Below the pieces are notes generated by a model. It had not been told where the DNA came from and made no database searches. It was given only the letters and a program-made list of their open reading frames with translations. The position numbers and the translations under genes are program-made. A stretch of 64,000 nt of DNA. It comes from an uncultured virus (IMG/VR IMGVR_UViG_3300044716_000940). Its lineage: Duplodnaviria; Heunggongvirae; Uroviricota; Caudoviricetes. The stretch's first letter is position 1. Every line of letters starts with the position of its first letter. Shown one piece after another: positions 40,005 to 48,497 of this stretch. The stretch lies in IMG/VR virus record IMGVR_UViG_3300044716_000940. One strand, 5' to 3'.

Positions 40005-40309
40005 TCAGTTCCTTCTGGATAACCGTTGTAATTTATGATAGGACGCTCTTTGTAATCGGCTTTACGTCCGAATGAGGTCGCTTGGTGCGCGTGGCACGTG
40101 GGGCATAGGGTTCTCAAGTTCGACACTTTTAGTGCGAGTTGAGGATAGTCCTTGCGGCTGTAAATATGGTCAACTTGCATCCTATCGGCTTTTACGCCAC
40201 ATTGAACACAAGTATGTTGATCGCGGTGCAGGACTTGCCTGCGCACGCGGCGCCACTCTTCCGAGTTGTAGAACGGATGTGGAGCTTTGTTGGGCTTTTT
40301 AGGCAGCAT
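39998..40309 (-). CDS. Terminase-associated HNH endonuclease (HK97 gp74-like)
   Basis: FYNS.EW...R..VL.RD...C..C...VDHI...NLRTLC..CH; start uncertain (40309 or 40342). Confidence 0.88.
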   Translation of the reverse strand: MLPKKPNKAPHPFYNSEEWRRVRRQVLHRDQHTCVQCGVKADRMQVDHIYSRKDYPQLALKVSNLRTLCPTCHAHQATSFGRKADYKERPIINYNGYPEGTEW

Positions 40310-40748
40310 ATAGATCCGTGACGTCGTGGAGAATATCGGCAATCTCTTGCGCGGCGACAGAACCTGCAGCGTGCTGCGAAGCTTGCCCGTGCAAAGATGA
40401 TGGTGTTAGTTGGAGAGTGACTTGCAGAGCGCGAATCACTGGAATCTTGGAATTGGCAAGTTTGTTGAATTTCATAGCATCGTTGACGTTCTGTGCATGA
40501 GCGGCGTCAATCTCTTTACGATGATAGAATGAACATAGGTACATCGCTTCACATAAATTGCGCAATTGCTGTATGAATATTGGGTTCCACCAAGTGGCCG
40601 GGCGCAACGGAATTGCAATTTCCATCAATCCTCGTGCAGCGGGAGGTAATCCTAGCACCGCTTTGTCGACGTGAGGTTGTAGCGCGAGAGCGGCTTGGTA
40701 AGCGTCTGTCATGCCGTCTTGTGTGTTGCGCTTGGCATCACCTTTCAT
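40299..40748 (-). CDS. Terminase small subunit (probable)
   Basis: Start MKGDAK at 40748 behind AAGGAG; L..TLQLTPSS motif; upstream of HNH and terL. Confidence 0.6.
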   Translation of the reverse strand: MKGDAKRNTQDGMTDAYQAALALQPHVDKAVLGLPPAARGLMEIAIPLRPATWWNPIFIQQLRNLCEAMYLCSFYHRKEIDAAHAQNVNDAMKFNKLANSKIPVIRALQVTLQLTPSSLHGQASQHAAGSVAAQEIADILHDVTDLYAA

Positions 40749-41020
40749 TAGAACTCCTTTAGCGCCCGCGTAGGGATACAGGCATGTATATAATTGTTGC
40801 TGTCCTCGAGATATGTCCGGGATTGACCCTGGGGACACAGCACATATGAAAAACACCCACACACGGGTAACAAGCCAGTGCACCTATTTTAACAATAGCC
40901 CGCATATGTTTGCCGGCTGCACGGTTAGTGCATTGACATTAATATGTGGATATATGTTTAAATAGATAACACTGGTCGTGTAGTGCGTGCGAGCGCGCGC
41001 GTATGAGTGCGTATGTGAGG

Positions 41021-41695
41021 CTATGAGTGAGCAGCTCTGTATTCGTGTACGAGTTGAGCGTGCCTGCTGTAGACGTGTAGTGATGCAGCATTCCACACAA
41101 TAGGACCTATTTGCAGATCAGGATAATTAAACAATAAATCCCTGTAGGCCTTATCATATACATGCTTATGCCACGCGTAATCGCCTTTATAACCGTATAC
41201 AGCGTCGTTAGACCTCATATAAACAAGGTAGTATAAAGTATTATTACGTATAAGCAGCTGCACCGTGTTAGTGCACATAAAGTCTTTCATACCGTTAAGC
41301 TTACTGTCAACGTGCATGCTAGGCCTGTTGTATATCATTACAGCCTGTCTACTACTCTTATCTGATAATACAGCGCTTATAGCCTTATCGTATTGATAGC
41401 CGTTATCAGCTGAGTATATACACCAACCGTAGTTGCTATTGATATAACCGTCTGTAGAGGCTACACTCTGCCAAATAGCAGGTATAGGAGCAGGTATATC
41501 ATTAACAGATAGGCTCTTACTCAGATACCACTGCAGCTCACGCTTATTCCAATCATGATTGACAGTTCCAAATATGGAATCTTCATCTGCTATAAAGGTA
41601 GCGTTAGCTATCTCTAATAGGCCGTTCTCGTCAGGTTCAATCTTGGTAAAAGCTTTTCTAATATCACTTACTCTAAGCTTAGTTCCTAATATCAT
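41021..41695 (-). CDS. dCMP hydroxymethylase (T4 gp42-like, thymidylate synthase fold)
   Basis: INSNYGW, DFMCTNTVQ, MRSND..G...DYAW, SLHVYSRH closely follow T4 gp42 as I recall it; start uncertain. Confidence 0.85.
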   Translation of the reverse strand: MILGTKLRVSDIRKAFTKIEPDENGLLEIANATFIADEDSIFGTVNHDWNKRELQWYLSKSLSVNDIPAPIPAIWQSVASTDGYINSNYGWCIYSADNGYQYDKAISAVLSDKSSRQAVMIYNRPSMHVDSKLNGMKDFMCTNTVQLLIRNNTLYYLVYMRSNDAVYGYKGDYAWHKHVYDKAYRDLLFNYPDLQIGPIVWNAASLHVYSRHAQLVHEYRAAHS

Positions 41696-41717
41696 GTTAT
41701 AGTCTTTATGTTTATTA

Positions 41718-42344
41718 TTACTTATTAAATTCAGCACCATCCTTAAAGCGGTCATCGCCTGCAGGATTAACATATGTGTGTTCTAATAACATCAATACAC
41801 AACATGCTGCATGGGCTAAATGGCTCTTGCCGGTCTCTGGGTCGTTATCCTCACCTGAGTGAAATGCCATTAGGTGTCTGAGAATCGCCGAGTAACTTCT
41901 TGACCAGGCAATCATTTCACCTTCACGCCAACTTTGTGCACCATACTTATCAGCGCCAAATGCTAATACCTCAGCGACGTCTTTAAGTGGCTTTACAGGG
42001 ATTAAGTGCATCGGTGCTTTGCCGCCATCGAACTTTGGAGCTTTTCCTGGCTCAAAGACAACTTTATCGTTTGTGGCTACTTTGCATTCTCTATCTACTG
42101 CATCTATTTCTTTCATGATATCTTCCGTTTCATAATTTATGCAAGGGCGATCTTCAGCGAGCAAGGCCGCTAGGCGTCTCTCTCGGGCTGTTTGCATCTC
42201 CCAGCGTTTTCCAGCTTCTTCCATTCTGGCTCTGTCTGCGTCCATCTGAGCACGCTCAATATATTCACCTAGCGTAAGCTCTGTGGTATAATATTTTCTA
42301 TCGTCCTCGTCATGGAACTTTGCGTTAGGATCGCTAGCCAACAT
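41718..42344 (-). CDS. dATP/dGTP diphosphohydrolase-like (DUF5664) protein
   Basis: KFDGGK....LIP, GADKYG..SW, RHL..F..GED.DPETG.SHLAHA. Confidence 0.75.
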   Translation of the reverse strand: MLASDPNAKFHDEDDRKYYTTELTLGEYIERAQMDADRARMEEAGKRWEMQTARERRLAALLAEDRPCINYETEDIMKEIDAVDRECKVATNDKVVFEPGKAPKFDGGKAPMHLIPVKPLKDVAEVLAFGADKYGAQSWREGEMIAWSRSYSAILRHLMAFHSGEDNDPETGKSHLAHAACCVLMLLEHTYVNPAGDDRFKDGAEFNK

Positions 42345-42756
42345 TAGATTTCTCCAGGTTGTGTTTTACGAGTATTTGTGTTAGTTTGTCCTCAGGACCA
42401 GTCCAGCCAGCAGGTTTAACTAGGTCGACACCTTTATATTCGGCACGATCTTTATCTGCTTTGTGAGGATTGTTTCCGGGCACCTTCTGTAGATTACATT
42501 CCATAACCGCATTAAATCCTTCCTGTAAGGGAAAGCCATGGCGGTAGAGCGAGCCTACAGTAAATACTAACAAATCGATTAATGCGTCATACTGGTCGGT
42601 AAGAGTGTCGGCTTCGTTATATTCCTCAATCTCTTCTCTCAAGCAGGATATACGATACATTTTCTCGTCTTGCTTTAAATGCCTTGGTGGGCCATTATAT
42701 GCTAAGCCATATTTAGTGTAGGCTTCGTTAATCTTTGTGATTAGTGGGTCGTTCAT
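42334..42756 (-). CDS. MazG-like nucleotide pyrophosphohydrolase
   Basis: EEIEEY..A...DALIDLL...V...N..K...KP.GW..P. Confidence 0.8.
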   Translation of the reverse strand: MNDPLITKINEAYTKYGLAYNGPPRHLKQDEKMYRISCLREEIEEYNEADTLTDQYDALIDLLVFTVGSLYRHGFPLQEGFNAVMECNLQKVPGNNPHKADKDRAEYKGVDLVKPAGWTGPEDKLTQILVKHNLEKSNVG

Positions 42757-43008
42757 ATATTATATTCTTTAAGTTTATACAGCGTTAAGGATATGTTAAA
42801 CATCGTAGGACAGACTTTACTAAGGTGTAGTTAAGTCCTATAGGATTTGTTATAAGATATAACCTAACATATATCGCTAAGTATTTATGCTAAGCGACTC
42901 TTAAGGTATCTATAGCTACTCTATAAGAGAACCTATGTTTAGCATATCTTAAGGTATCTATAACATATGCTATAGTATAGGGTATATATATTATCACCAG
43001 CACCCCTC

Positions 43009-43035
43009 TGTCTTAGTATACCTAAGGCGGATATG
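43009..43035 (-). promoter_or_regulatory. Candidate phage-RNAP promoter, copy 1 (leftward)
   Basis: Minus strand ATATCCGCCTTAGGTATACTAAGACA; same motif at 43182, 43224 (core only) and on + at 55673. Confidence 0.6.
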
Positions 43036-43181
43036 TCCCTGGTGCAGCCTATGGTTAGTGGGTGGGTAAAAGATGTAGTGGTCATTGTATCAACTTGCTT
43101 ACTCATAATCTTCGTCAAGTCCTTGCCTCCAAGCCATGGTTTCAGCTGGAGAATGCTCTATGATCTCTACCCATCGTAGAA

Positions 43182-43211
43182 CCATGTCTTAGTATACCTA
43201 AGGCGGATATG
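43182..43211 (-). promoter_or_regulatory. Candidate phage-RNAP promoter, copy 2 (leftward)
   Basis: 29-nt exact reverse complement of 55673-55701. Confidence 0.6.
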
Positions 43212-43223
43212 CCTTGGATGGTC

Positions 43224-43240
43224 TCTTAGTATACCTAAGG
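43224..43240 (-). promoter_or_regulatory. Candidate phage-RNAP promoter core, copy 3 (leftward)
   Basis: CCTTAGGTATACTAAGA core on the minus strand. Confidence 0.5.
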
Positions 43241-43250
43241 GAGGGTGCTC

Positions 43251-43482
43251 TAAGTTATTGATTCTAAAGGCTATTTTAGTGCCCTAAGTTATTGATTTTG
43301 CACAACTTTCCATGGAGCTACTAACGCCTAAGTTATTGATTCTATTGACTATTTTACCCACGGGCAGCCTCTCTAAGTTATTGATTCTAAACGACTTTTA
43401 CCGAAAAGCTAAGTTATTGATTCTAAAGGCTTTTTTGACAGATTTTGGTCATTTTGGGCAGCCTCACCCTAAGTTATTGATT
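43251..43482. repeat. Array of six TAAGTTATTGATT repeats (IHF consensus)
   Basis: Copies start at 43251, 43285, 43329, 43374, 43410, 43470; reverse complement AATCAATAACTTA fits WATCAANNNNTTR. Confidence 0.8.
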
Positions 43483-43567
43483 TTAAACGACTTTTTTGTG
43501 CCTGAGGTCCATAACCAAGGAAAGAGTGAGAGTATTGACTGAATGATCCTTATTTATTATTAGATTA

Positions 43568-43670
43568 ACTGAATATCCTACGGATAACTGGAATAATATT
43601 ATAAAGATTTACTGGTTGTATTATTAGCATTATAAATGACTGAATATCCCAACGGATAACTGGAATAATA
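43568..43670 (+). repeat. Two direct repeats ACTGAATATCC-N2/3-CGGATAACTGGAATAATA
   Basis: Copies at 43568 and 43639, each with a TATCC/GGATA inverted repeat, upstream of the first early gene. Confidence 0.7.
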
Positions 43671-43737
43671 TATTAACAATACTCTTAATCATTATCTTTG
43701 TATTAACTTCATATTAACTTAAAGGAAATTATATATT

Positions 43738-44079
43738 ATGAAAAATCAATTAAATGTAACATTATCTAATGGTAAATTGGTATTAACTGAAACTAAAGTT
43801 GTTATTACAGAAAATGTATTAACTGAGACTATGGATCCAGTTGAATTATCGAATATTATTCAAGCAAATGGATATAAATCTGCAAAATTCACAGATGAAG
43901 CGAAAGCCGAATTCCGTAGAATTGAGAAAGAAATCAAAGCTGCGAATAAAGCGAAAAAAGACGTAAAGCGTCAAGAACGTGAAGCTAAGAAAGCAGAACG
44001 TACTAAATTGCAAGAAAGCAAAATTGCCGAAAGAATGGCAAAATTGCAAGCGCAATTAGATAAATTAAAAACTAACTAA
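43738..44079 (+). CDS. First early protein, K/E-rich coiled coil
   Basis: 113 aa ORF with AAGGA RBS. Confidence 0.7.
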   Translation: MKNQLNVTLSNGKLVLTETKVVITENVLTETMDPVELSNIIQANGYKSAKFTDEAKAEFRRIEKEIKAANKAKKDVKRQEREAKKAERTKLQESKIAERMAKLQAQLDKLKTN

Positions 44080-44092
44080 AAAAGGAAATAAC

Positions 44093-44281
44093 ATGTTTTA
44101 TTATTTAATCTCAAATGGTGTAGAAACGAAAGTTTCGAAATCTAAAAAGATACACGATAAATCTTACTTTACAAGCAACAACCATCCAAGCAAATTATCG
44201 CTTTGGGTTGATGCAAACTATAGTAAAATTACGACAATGGTTGTAAGTAAACAAACTTATGATACATTTAAATCAGCATAA
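44093..44281 (+). CDS. Hypothetical early protein
   Basis: 62 aa with RBS; stop codon lies in HHR1 stem I. Confidence 0.65.
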   Translation: MFYYLISNGVETKVSKSKKIHDKSYFTSNNHPSKLSLWVDANYSKITTMVVSKQTYDTFKSA

Positions 44282-44327
44282 CTGATGAGGCTTTATTAGC
44301 CGAAACTACCGAAAGGTAGTATTATGC
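44276..44327 (+). ncRNA. Hammerhead ribozyme HHR1 (type I)
   Basis: GCAUAA-CUGAUGA-GGCU(UUAUU)AGCC-GAAA-CUACC(GAAA)GGUAG-UA^-UUAUGC; predicted cut after 44321. Confidence 0.93.
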
Positions 44328-44463
44328 ATAATATGGTGAAAGCCATAGAAGCACCGTCGAGCCAGAGTTGAACAGAACGACGTAAAAGTAATCGAACTCA
44401 ACCGTTTCGAGGATAACGTAAAAATCCTCACTAAATTATTTTATTATTGAAAGGAAAATTATT

Positions 44464-44634
44464 ATGAATAAAATTATATATAACGGTTTTAACCGTGGAG
44501 GTATGGTTAGCGCCATACATATGGAGTGTGATACTTCAAGCTTTACTTATAAGCTCAACGATGATGAACTCATCAAAGCGTTTAAAGAAATCTTCGCTGG
44601 AAATGCAAATTTCCTAGCTGTGGAGGACTTATAA
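44464..44634 (+). CDS. Hypothetical early protein (56 aa)
   Basis: ORF MNKIIYNGFNRGG with AAGGA RBS; below the ORF-track cutoff. Confidence 0.55.
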   Translation: MNKIIYNGFNRGGMVSAIHMECDTSSFTYKLNDDELIKAFKEIFAGNANFLAVEDL

Positions 44635-44783
44635 TGTTTGAAATGAAATACTTAATCATTGTGATTGGATTAGTTTACTTTGGTATTGGATTAGACCAAT
44701 ATTTCAAAGGATCTTTACCAAACCTTATTGTTTACACTGGCTACGCCTTTAGTAACATTGGTTTATATTTATTAGCTAAATAA
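44634..44783 (+). CDS. Small membrane protein (49 aa)
   Basis: Hydrophobic ORF, GGAGG RBS, start overlaps upstream stop. Confidence 0.55.
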   Translation: MFEMKYLIIVIGLVYFGIGLDQYFKGSLPNLIVYTGYAFSNIGLYLLAK

Positions 44784-44794
44784 AGGAATTAAAA

Positions 44795-44965
44795 ATGGAA
44801 TTAGCATTTTCTATCGTGTTTATCGTTGTTGTGATTGCCGCTGTATTGGGTTATATCGCAAACATCGTTAAACTTTTTTCACAGCTACAAGTGGACGGTA
44901 AAACAATTGCAAGAGCTTGTGGAGTATTTATATTCCCACTAGGAGCAATCTTAGGATGGTTCTAA
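44795..44965 (+). CDS. Small membrane protein (56 aa)
   Basis: MELAFSIVFIVVVIAAVLGYIANIVK...PLGAILGWF; AAGGA RBS. Confidence 0.6.
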   Translation: MELAFSIVFIVVVIAAVLGYIANIVKLFSQLQVDGKTIARACGVFIFPLGAILGWF

Positions 44966-44966
44966 C

Positions 44967-45017
44967 AATCTAACTGACGAGTCGGTAACGACGAAACCAC
45001 GAAAGTGGTCTTAGATT
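44967..45017 (+). ncRNA. Hammerhead ribozyme HHR2 (type I)
   Basis: AAUCUAA-CUGACGA-GUCG(GUAA)CGAC-GAAA-CCAC(GAAA)GUGG-UC^-UUAGAUU; cut after 45010. Confidence 0.95.
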
Positions 45018-45036
45018 ATTCACAAAAGGAGATCTT

Positions 45037-45831
45037 ATGAAAAATGACGTAATTGACGTCGAAGTAAAAGATGTAAAAATTGAGCAATTTCTAACTGAAA
45101 AGAAGGAATTGGTTCTTAATGCAGCTCAACGCACCGTTGAAGCGTATCTTGAAGTTGGTAAGCATCTCAAAGAAGTAAATGAGAAATTAGCAACTCGCAA
45201 TGGCGTAAATAGTCGTTGGGGTAGTTGGTTAGAAGAAGTAGGATTTGAGAAACAAAACGCAATTAACTGCATTCTAGTCTATGAGCGCTTTGGGAGGAAA
45301 ATTGATTTTCTTCCAAGCCAATCGATTACTATTCTTCAACAGTTATCAAAACCATCTAACGATCCTGAAAAGGTTGCTTTAGTTGAGCAAAAACTAGCTA
45401 AAGGTGAAAAGATGACCGTTGCTCAAGTTAAGGAAGTTCTTAAAAAGCTACCTGAAACTGAGCGAGAAATTGTCGCTAAAGCGGGTTATGAGCTCGCTGA
45501 AGAAGAACGAACTGGTATGACTAGCCAAGAATTAGATGCTTTCTACGAAAAGCAAGCAATTGAATATCAAGAAATTGAAAATGATATTTCAGATTTAAAG
45601 CCTATCGTTAAAAAGCAATATTCTGAAATGGTAATTGAAAGCCATCGCGAAGCATTTCTAGACGATATTGAATTATATTCATGGATCTTAGAAATGAAAA
45701 CATTTGCTGAAAACAATGGATATGTGTGTAAAGCTCTTGAAAGAGAAAATAACACTGTATTTAATAACACAAAAGAGATTAAAGAGCATATTAAGCACGC
45801 TAAATCTCAATTAAAAGAAGTATTTAAATAA
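45037..45831 (+). CDS. DUF3102-like domain protein
   Basis: LEVGKHLKEV...WGSWLEE.GF N-terminal pattern. Confidence 0.55.
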   Translation: MKNDVIDVEVKDVKIEQFLTEKKELVLNAAQRTVEAYLEVGKHLKEVNEKLATRNGVNSRWGSWLEEVGFEKQNAINCILVYERFGRKIDFLPSQSITILQQLSKPSNDPEKVALVEQKLAKGEKMTVAQVKEVLKKLPETEREIVAKAGYELAEEERTGMTSQELDAFYEKQAIEYQEIENDISDLKPIVKKQYSEMVIESHREAFLDDIELYSWILEMKTFAENNGYVCKALERENNTVFNNTKEIKEHIKHAKSQLKEVFK

Positions 45832-45852
45832 TATAAAGAAGGAATAAATCTT

Positions 45853-46278
45853 ATGAAAAGCTTTAAAGTAACAGCAGCACAGATAAATAAAATTGCAAAA
45901 ACAATGACCAAAGGTTTAAAAGCCAGTGGTCCAGTTTTATCTACAGCTATTAAAGATGTAGCAACAACGCTGAGCGCTGAGCGCGCCCAAGAAATTGCTT
46001 CATGGAAAGTATTAAAAGAAGCGATTAATGAAGTTAATGCTGCTAATAAAAAGGCATTTATTAGTGGTGATGCCCGGGCATTAGCTAAAATGTGGGATAT
46101 ATTTCCAGTAGGTATGGAAGGACATTCACGTATTAGAGAATTAATGACACACAAAGACGCTAGAGCTAAAAACTCAGGAGTGATATGGTCTCAATATGTT
46201 GGCGACCATAAAGCAAACTTAAAGCGTGCAAAAGCATCTATTAACTATTCAACAGCATTGATCAATGCTTACATATAA
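45853..46278 (+). CDS. Hypothetical early protein
   Basis: 141 aa with RBS. Confidence 0.7.
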   Translation: MKSFKVTAAQINKIAKTMTKGLKASGPVLSTAIKDVATTLSAERAQEIASWKVLKEAINEVNAANKKAFISGDARALAKMWDIFPVGMEGHSRIRELMTHKDARAKNSGVIWSQYVGDHKANLKRAKASINYSTALINAYI

Positions 46279-46323
46279 CTGATGAGTCGGGAACGACGAA
46301 ACTGGAGAAATCCAGTCTTATAT
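46273..46323 (+). ncRNA. Hammerhead ribozyme HHR3 (type I)
   Basis: AUAUAA-CUGAUGA-GUCG(GGAA)CGAC-GAAA-CUGGA(GAAA)UCCAG-UC^-UUAUAU; cut after 46317. Confidence 0.95.
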
Positions 46324-46337
46324 TAAAAGGAAATATT

Positions 46338-46661
46338 ATGAAAAAAGAATTTAAACCATACGATTTTATCGTAGAAATAGACGGAAAGTGGTATACGTCT
46401 GTCGAGTTTCGCGTTATTGTGGATTATGAAAATATCCTAAGTGGTCGCGAGCTTGAAGAGTCTGTTATGCTTGACACATTGGTGTATGACCGTTGGAATA
46501 TGGTTATGCCTATTACTAAGCGTGCTCGTCTCCTAATGGATGATGGCACTGGTGTAATCAAAGAGTGTGGTCGCTTTAAGTATAAAGTAAACTTTAACTC
46601 ACGTCAAGAGTTGGACGACGATTATGTCGTTGATCCACGCAATAGTAAAGGAAAATACTAA
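46338..46661 (+). CDS. Hypothetical early protein
   Basis: 107 aa with RBS. Confidence 0.7.
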   Translation: MKKEFKPYDFIVEIDGKWYTSVEFRVIVDYENILSGRELEESVMLDTLVYDRWNMVMPITKRARLLMDDGTGVIKECGRFKYKVNFNSRQELDDDYVVDPRNSKGKY

Positions 46662-46770
46662 TGGATTATAAAGAACCGACTGTTGGAGAGATCATTGGAT
46701 GGGTAATCATCTTAATGGTCTTTTTTGCTTTTTTGTTTTTTGGTTTACACTTAGAAAGTAGAGGAATATA

Positions 46771-47007
46771 ATGACTGTAAAAGACACTATGATTTCGTTG
46801 GCGCTCACTCAGCTCCATACCGATCTTTACCGTATTTATGAGATATGGCTAGAAGTTGGCAATGGCGATATGAGCGTATTAGAGCAACGTATGGATAAAA
46901 CTCGTGATGAGTTTATGGCTCGCACAAGTGGCCATTTAACGGAGCAAGAGCAAACCCGCTTTTTCGTTAAAGCGTATGAAGATACGTTGATTGCTGTATT
47001 AAGTTAA
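46771..47007 (+). CDS. Hypothetical early protein
   Basis: 78 aa with GAGGA RBS. Confidence 0.65.
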   Translation: MTVKDTMISLALTQLHTDLYRIYEIWLEVGNGDMSVLEQRMDKTRDEFMARTSGHLTEQEQTRFFVKAYEDTLIAVLS

Positions 47008-47052
47008 ACTGATGAGTCCTCAATGGACGAAACCTCGTGAGAGGTCTTTAAC
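47003..47052 (+). ncRNA. Hammerhead ribozyme HHR4 (type I)
   Basis: GUUAAA-CUGAUGA-GUCC(UCAAU)GGAC-GAAA-CCUC(GUGA)GAGG-UC^-UUUAAC; cut after 47046. Confidence 0.95.
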
Positions 47053-47073
47053 ACTTATTATAAAAGGAATATT

Positions 47074-47292
47074 ATGCCAAATAGTAACATACCGAACATG
47101 TCTTATTGCATGTTTGAAAATACTGAAAGCGCACTTGAACAGTGTGTGGACGCTATGAGCGAAGCGTATGATGTAGAATCGCTTGATATGAATGAGCATG
47201 AGCGCAGCGCATTTTTGCGTATGAGAAATCTATGTAAAGACTTCTTAGCATTTCATGACGAAATTTTAAATAACACAAAGGAATCATTATGA
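47074..47292 (+). CDS. Hypothetical early protein
   Basis: 72 aa with MSYCMFENT motif and RBS. Confidence 0.7.
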   Translation: MPNSNIPNMSYCMFENTESALEQCVDAMSEAYDVESLDMNEHERSAFLRMRNLCKDFLAFHDEILNNTKESL

Positions 47293-47546
47293 AAATGAAA
47301 TATAAAGCAGCCTTTACGGCTTTGAAGAAAATCGGTTGTCCAGTGTATGAGCACTGCGACGATAACGGCAACTTTAGCATTTCTGCTGAAGAGGCTACGT
47401 CTTACTTATGGTGTGATTATTATGATGGATACCGAATTCCCGATTGGGAGTTTGGCGTAAGTCCTAAAATCACAGAGCTATTGCGCTCTAAAGGATTATT
47501 TGCTGAATGGCAAAATCCTGGTCGCTTAGTCGTATTTGAGATTTAA
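47289..47546 (+). CDS. Hypothetical early protein
   Basis: 85 aa, coupled start. Confidence 0.7.
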   Translation: MKMKYKAAFTALKKIGCPVYEHCDDNGNFSISAEEATSYLWCDYYDGYRIPDWEFGVSPKITELLRSKGLFAEWQNPGRLVVFEI

Positions 47547-47554
47547 GGAATACT

Positions 47555-48025
47555 ATGACAGACGAATTTTCTAATAAAGCTGAAAACAGTATAGCGAAAG
47601 AGCTTGGCATTGCCCAACGCTTTATCGTCTTAAACCAAATACGAACTCCTGATGGCACGATCTTACGATCGCTAAGCCGTCACCATTACCAAACCTATAT
47701 CGATAAGAACGGTAAAGAGTATATGGTTGATGGAGGTAATGATTACCTTCGTCGTAATCGCCATGACGATGCGCCATACGATGAGTTGTCGATTTATTCT
47801 GATGACTCTTTCGACGTAATCAGGAGAAGTTTGCATTGGGGCACTTACGGTCCCAAAGGTGATCAGCCAAAGCGCTATGTCCCACTAGCTGAACTGTCAG
47901 ACAACCATATAATGGCGATACTCGACACTCAAGCTCAAGTGCAAGGACAATTGCGCGAATGGTTTAAAGAAGAATTAAGATGCCGTGAATACGGTAAATA
48001 TGAATATATAAAGGATACATTATGA
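47555..48025 (+). CDS. Hypothetical phage protein
   Basis: 156 aa with MVDGGNDYLRR and WGTYG motifs. Confidence 0.7.
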   Translation: MTDEFSNKAENSIAKELGIAQRFIVLNQIRTPDGTILRSLSRHHYQTYIDKNGKEYMVDGGNDYLRRNRHDDAPYDELSIYSDDSFDVIRRSLHWGTYGPKGDQPKRYVPLAELSDNHIMAILDTQAQVQGQLREWFKEELRCREYGKYEYIKDTL

Positions 48026-48249
48026 ATGTAAATGATTTTGAAGTATTAAATCGCCGCTACGCTATCGACATTAATCGATTCCGTGATGGACAAGGTTTAA
48101 CCGTTAATTTATTTAACGCACTGTTTGACTATTATTGTCAATCAAACGAAATGCCTTATGGAGTCGCCAAGGCGAGAACCGGGGATCCGTATGAATGGAT
48201 CGATTCTCAATTTAGCGATTTCTTAAAAGATTTCGATAATTCACCGTAA
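48022..48249 (+). CDS. Hypothetical early protein
   Basis: 75 aa with EMPYGVAKARTGDP motif. Confidence 0.7.
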   Translation: MNVNDFEVLNRRYAIDINRFRDGQGLTVNLFNALFDYYCQSNEMPYGVAKARTGDPYEWIDSQFSDFLKDFDNSP

Positions 48250-48320
48250 CTGATGAGCCGTGCATTCGGCGAAACTATTGTTGTGCAAAATTAAACACTT
48301 GCGCTGCAGTAGTCTTACGG
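48244..48320 (+). ncRNA. Hammerhead ribozyme HHR5 (type I, extended stem III)
   Basis: CCGUAA-CUGAUGA-GCCG(UGCAUU)CGGC-GAAA-CUAUUGU.GUGCAA(loop)UUGCGC.GCAGUAG-UC^-UUACGG; cut after 48314. Confidence 0.92.
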
Positions 48321-48427
48321 CCACCGTTGGAGCCATCGCTATGGCGGTAAACAACGTCCTTGTATTAGTTGACTCCCTTTGTTGACGAAATGCGAGCGCT
48401 TTCGCAGGTTGAGCGTTATCAATTTGC

Positions 48428-48476
48428 CTGTCCATGGATGTGTGTCCATGCTGATGAGCCACAAATGGCGAAACAG
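48428..48476 (+). ncRNA. Hammerhead ribozyme HHR6 (type III)
   Basis: CUG-UC^-CAUGGA(UGUGUG)UCCAUG-CUGAUGA-GCCA(CAAA)UGGC-GAAA-CAG; short stem III; cut after 48432. Confidence 0.88.
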
Positions 48477-48497
48477 ACTTATTATAAAGGAAATAAA

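Noticed and set aside
40749..41096. Extended terS start (40883) and ORF 40884..41096
   Set aside because: Better RBS-linked ATG at 40748; the upstream sequence is low-complexity and looks non-coding
43251..43482. CRISPR array interpretation of the six repeats
   Set aside because: Conserved core is only about 13-14 bp, period is irregular (34-60 bp), gaps are partly repeated, and no cas genes are present
43312..43542. 76-aa ORF with KLLIL repeats
   Set aside because: By-product of the TAAGTTATTGATT DNA repeat array; no clear RBS
48369..48497. N-terminal extension of ORF 48369..48746
   Set aside because: TTG start without RBS that runs through HHR6; the ATG at 48498 has a clear RBS
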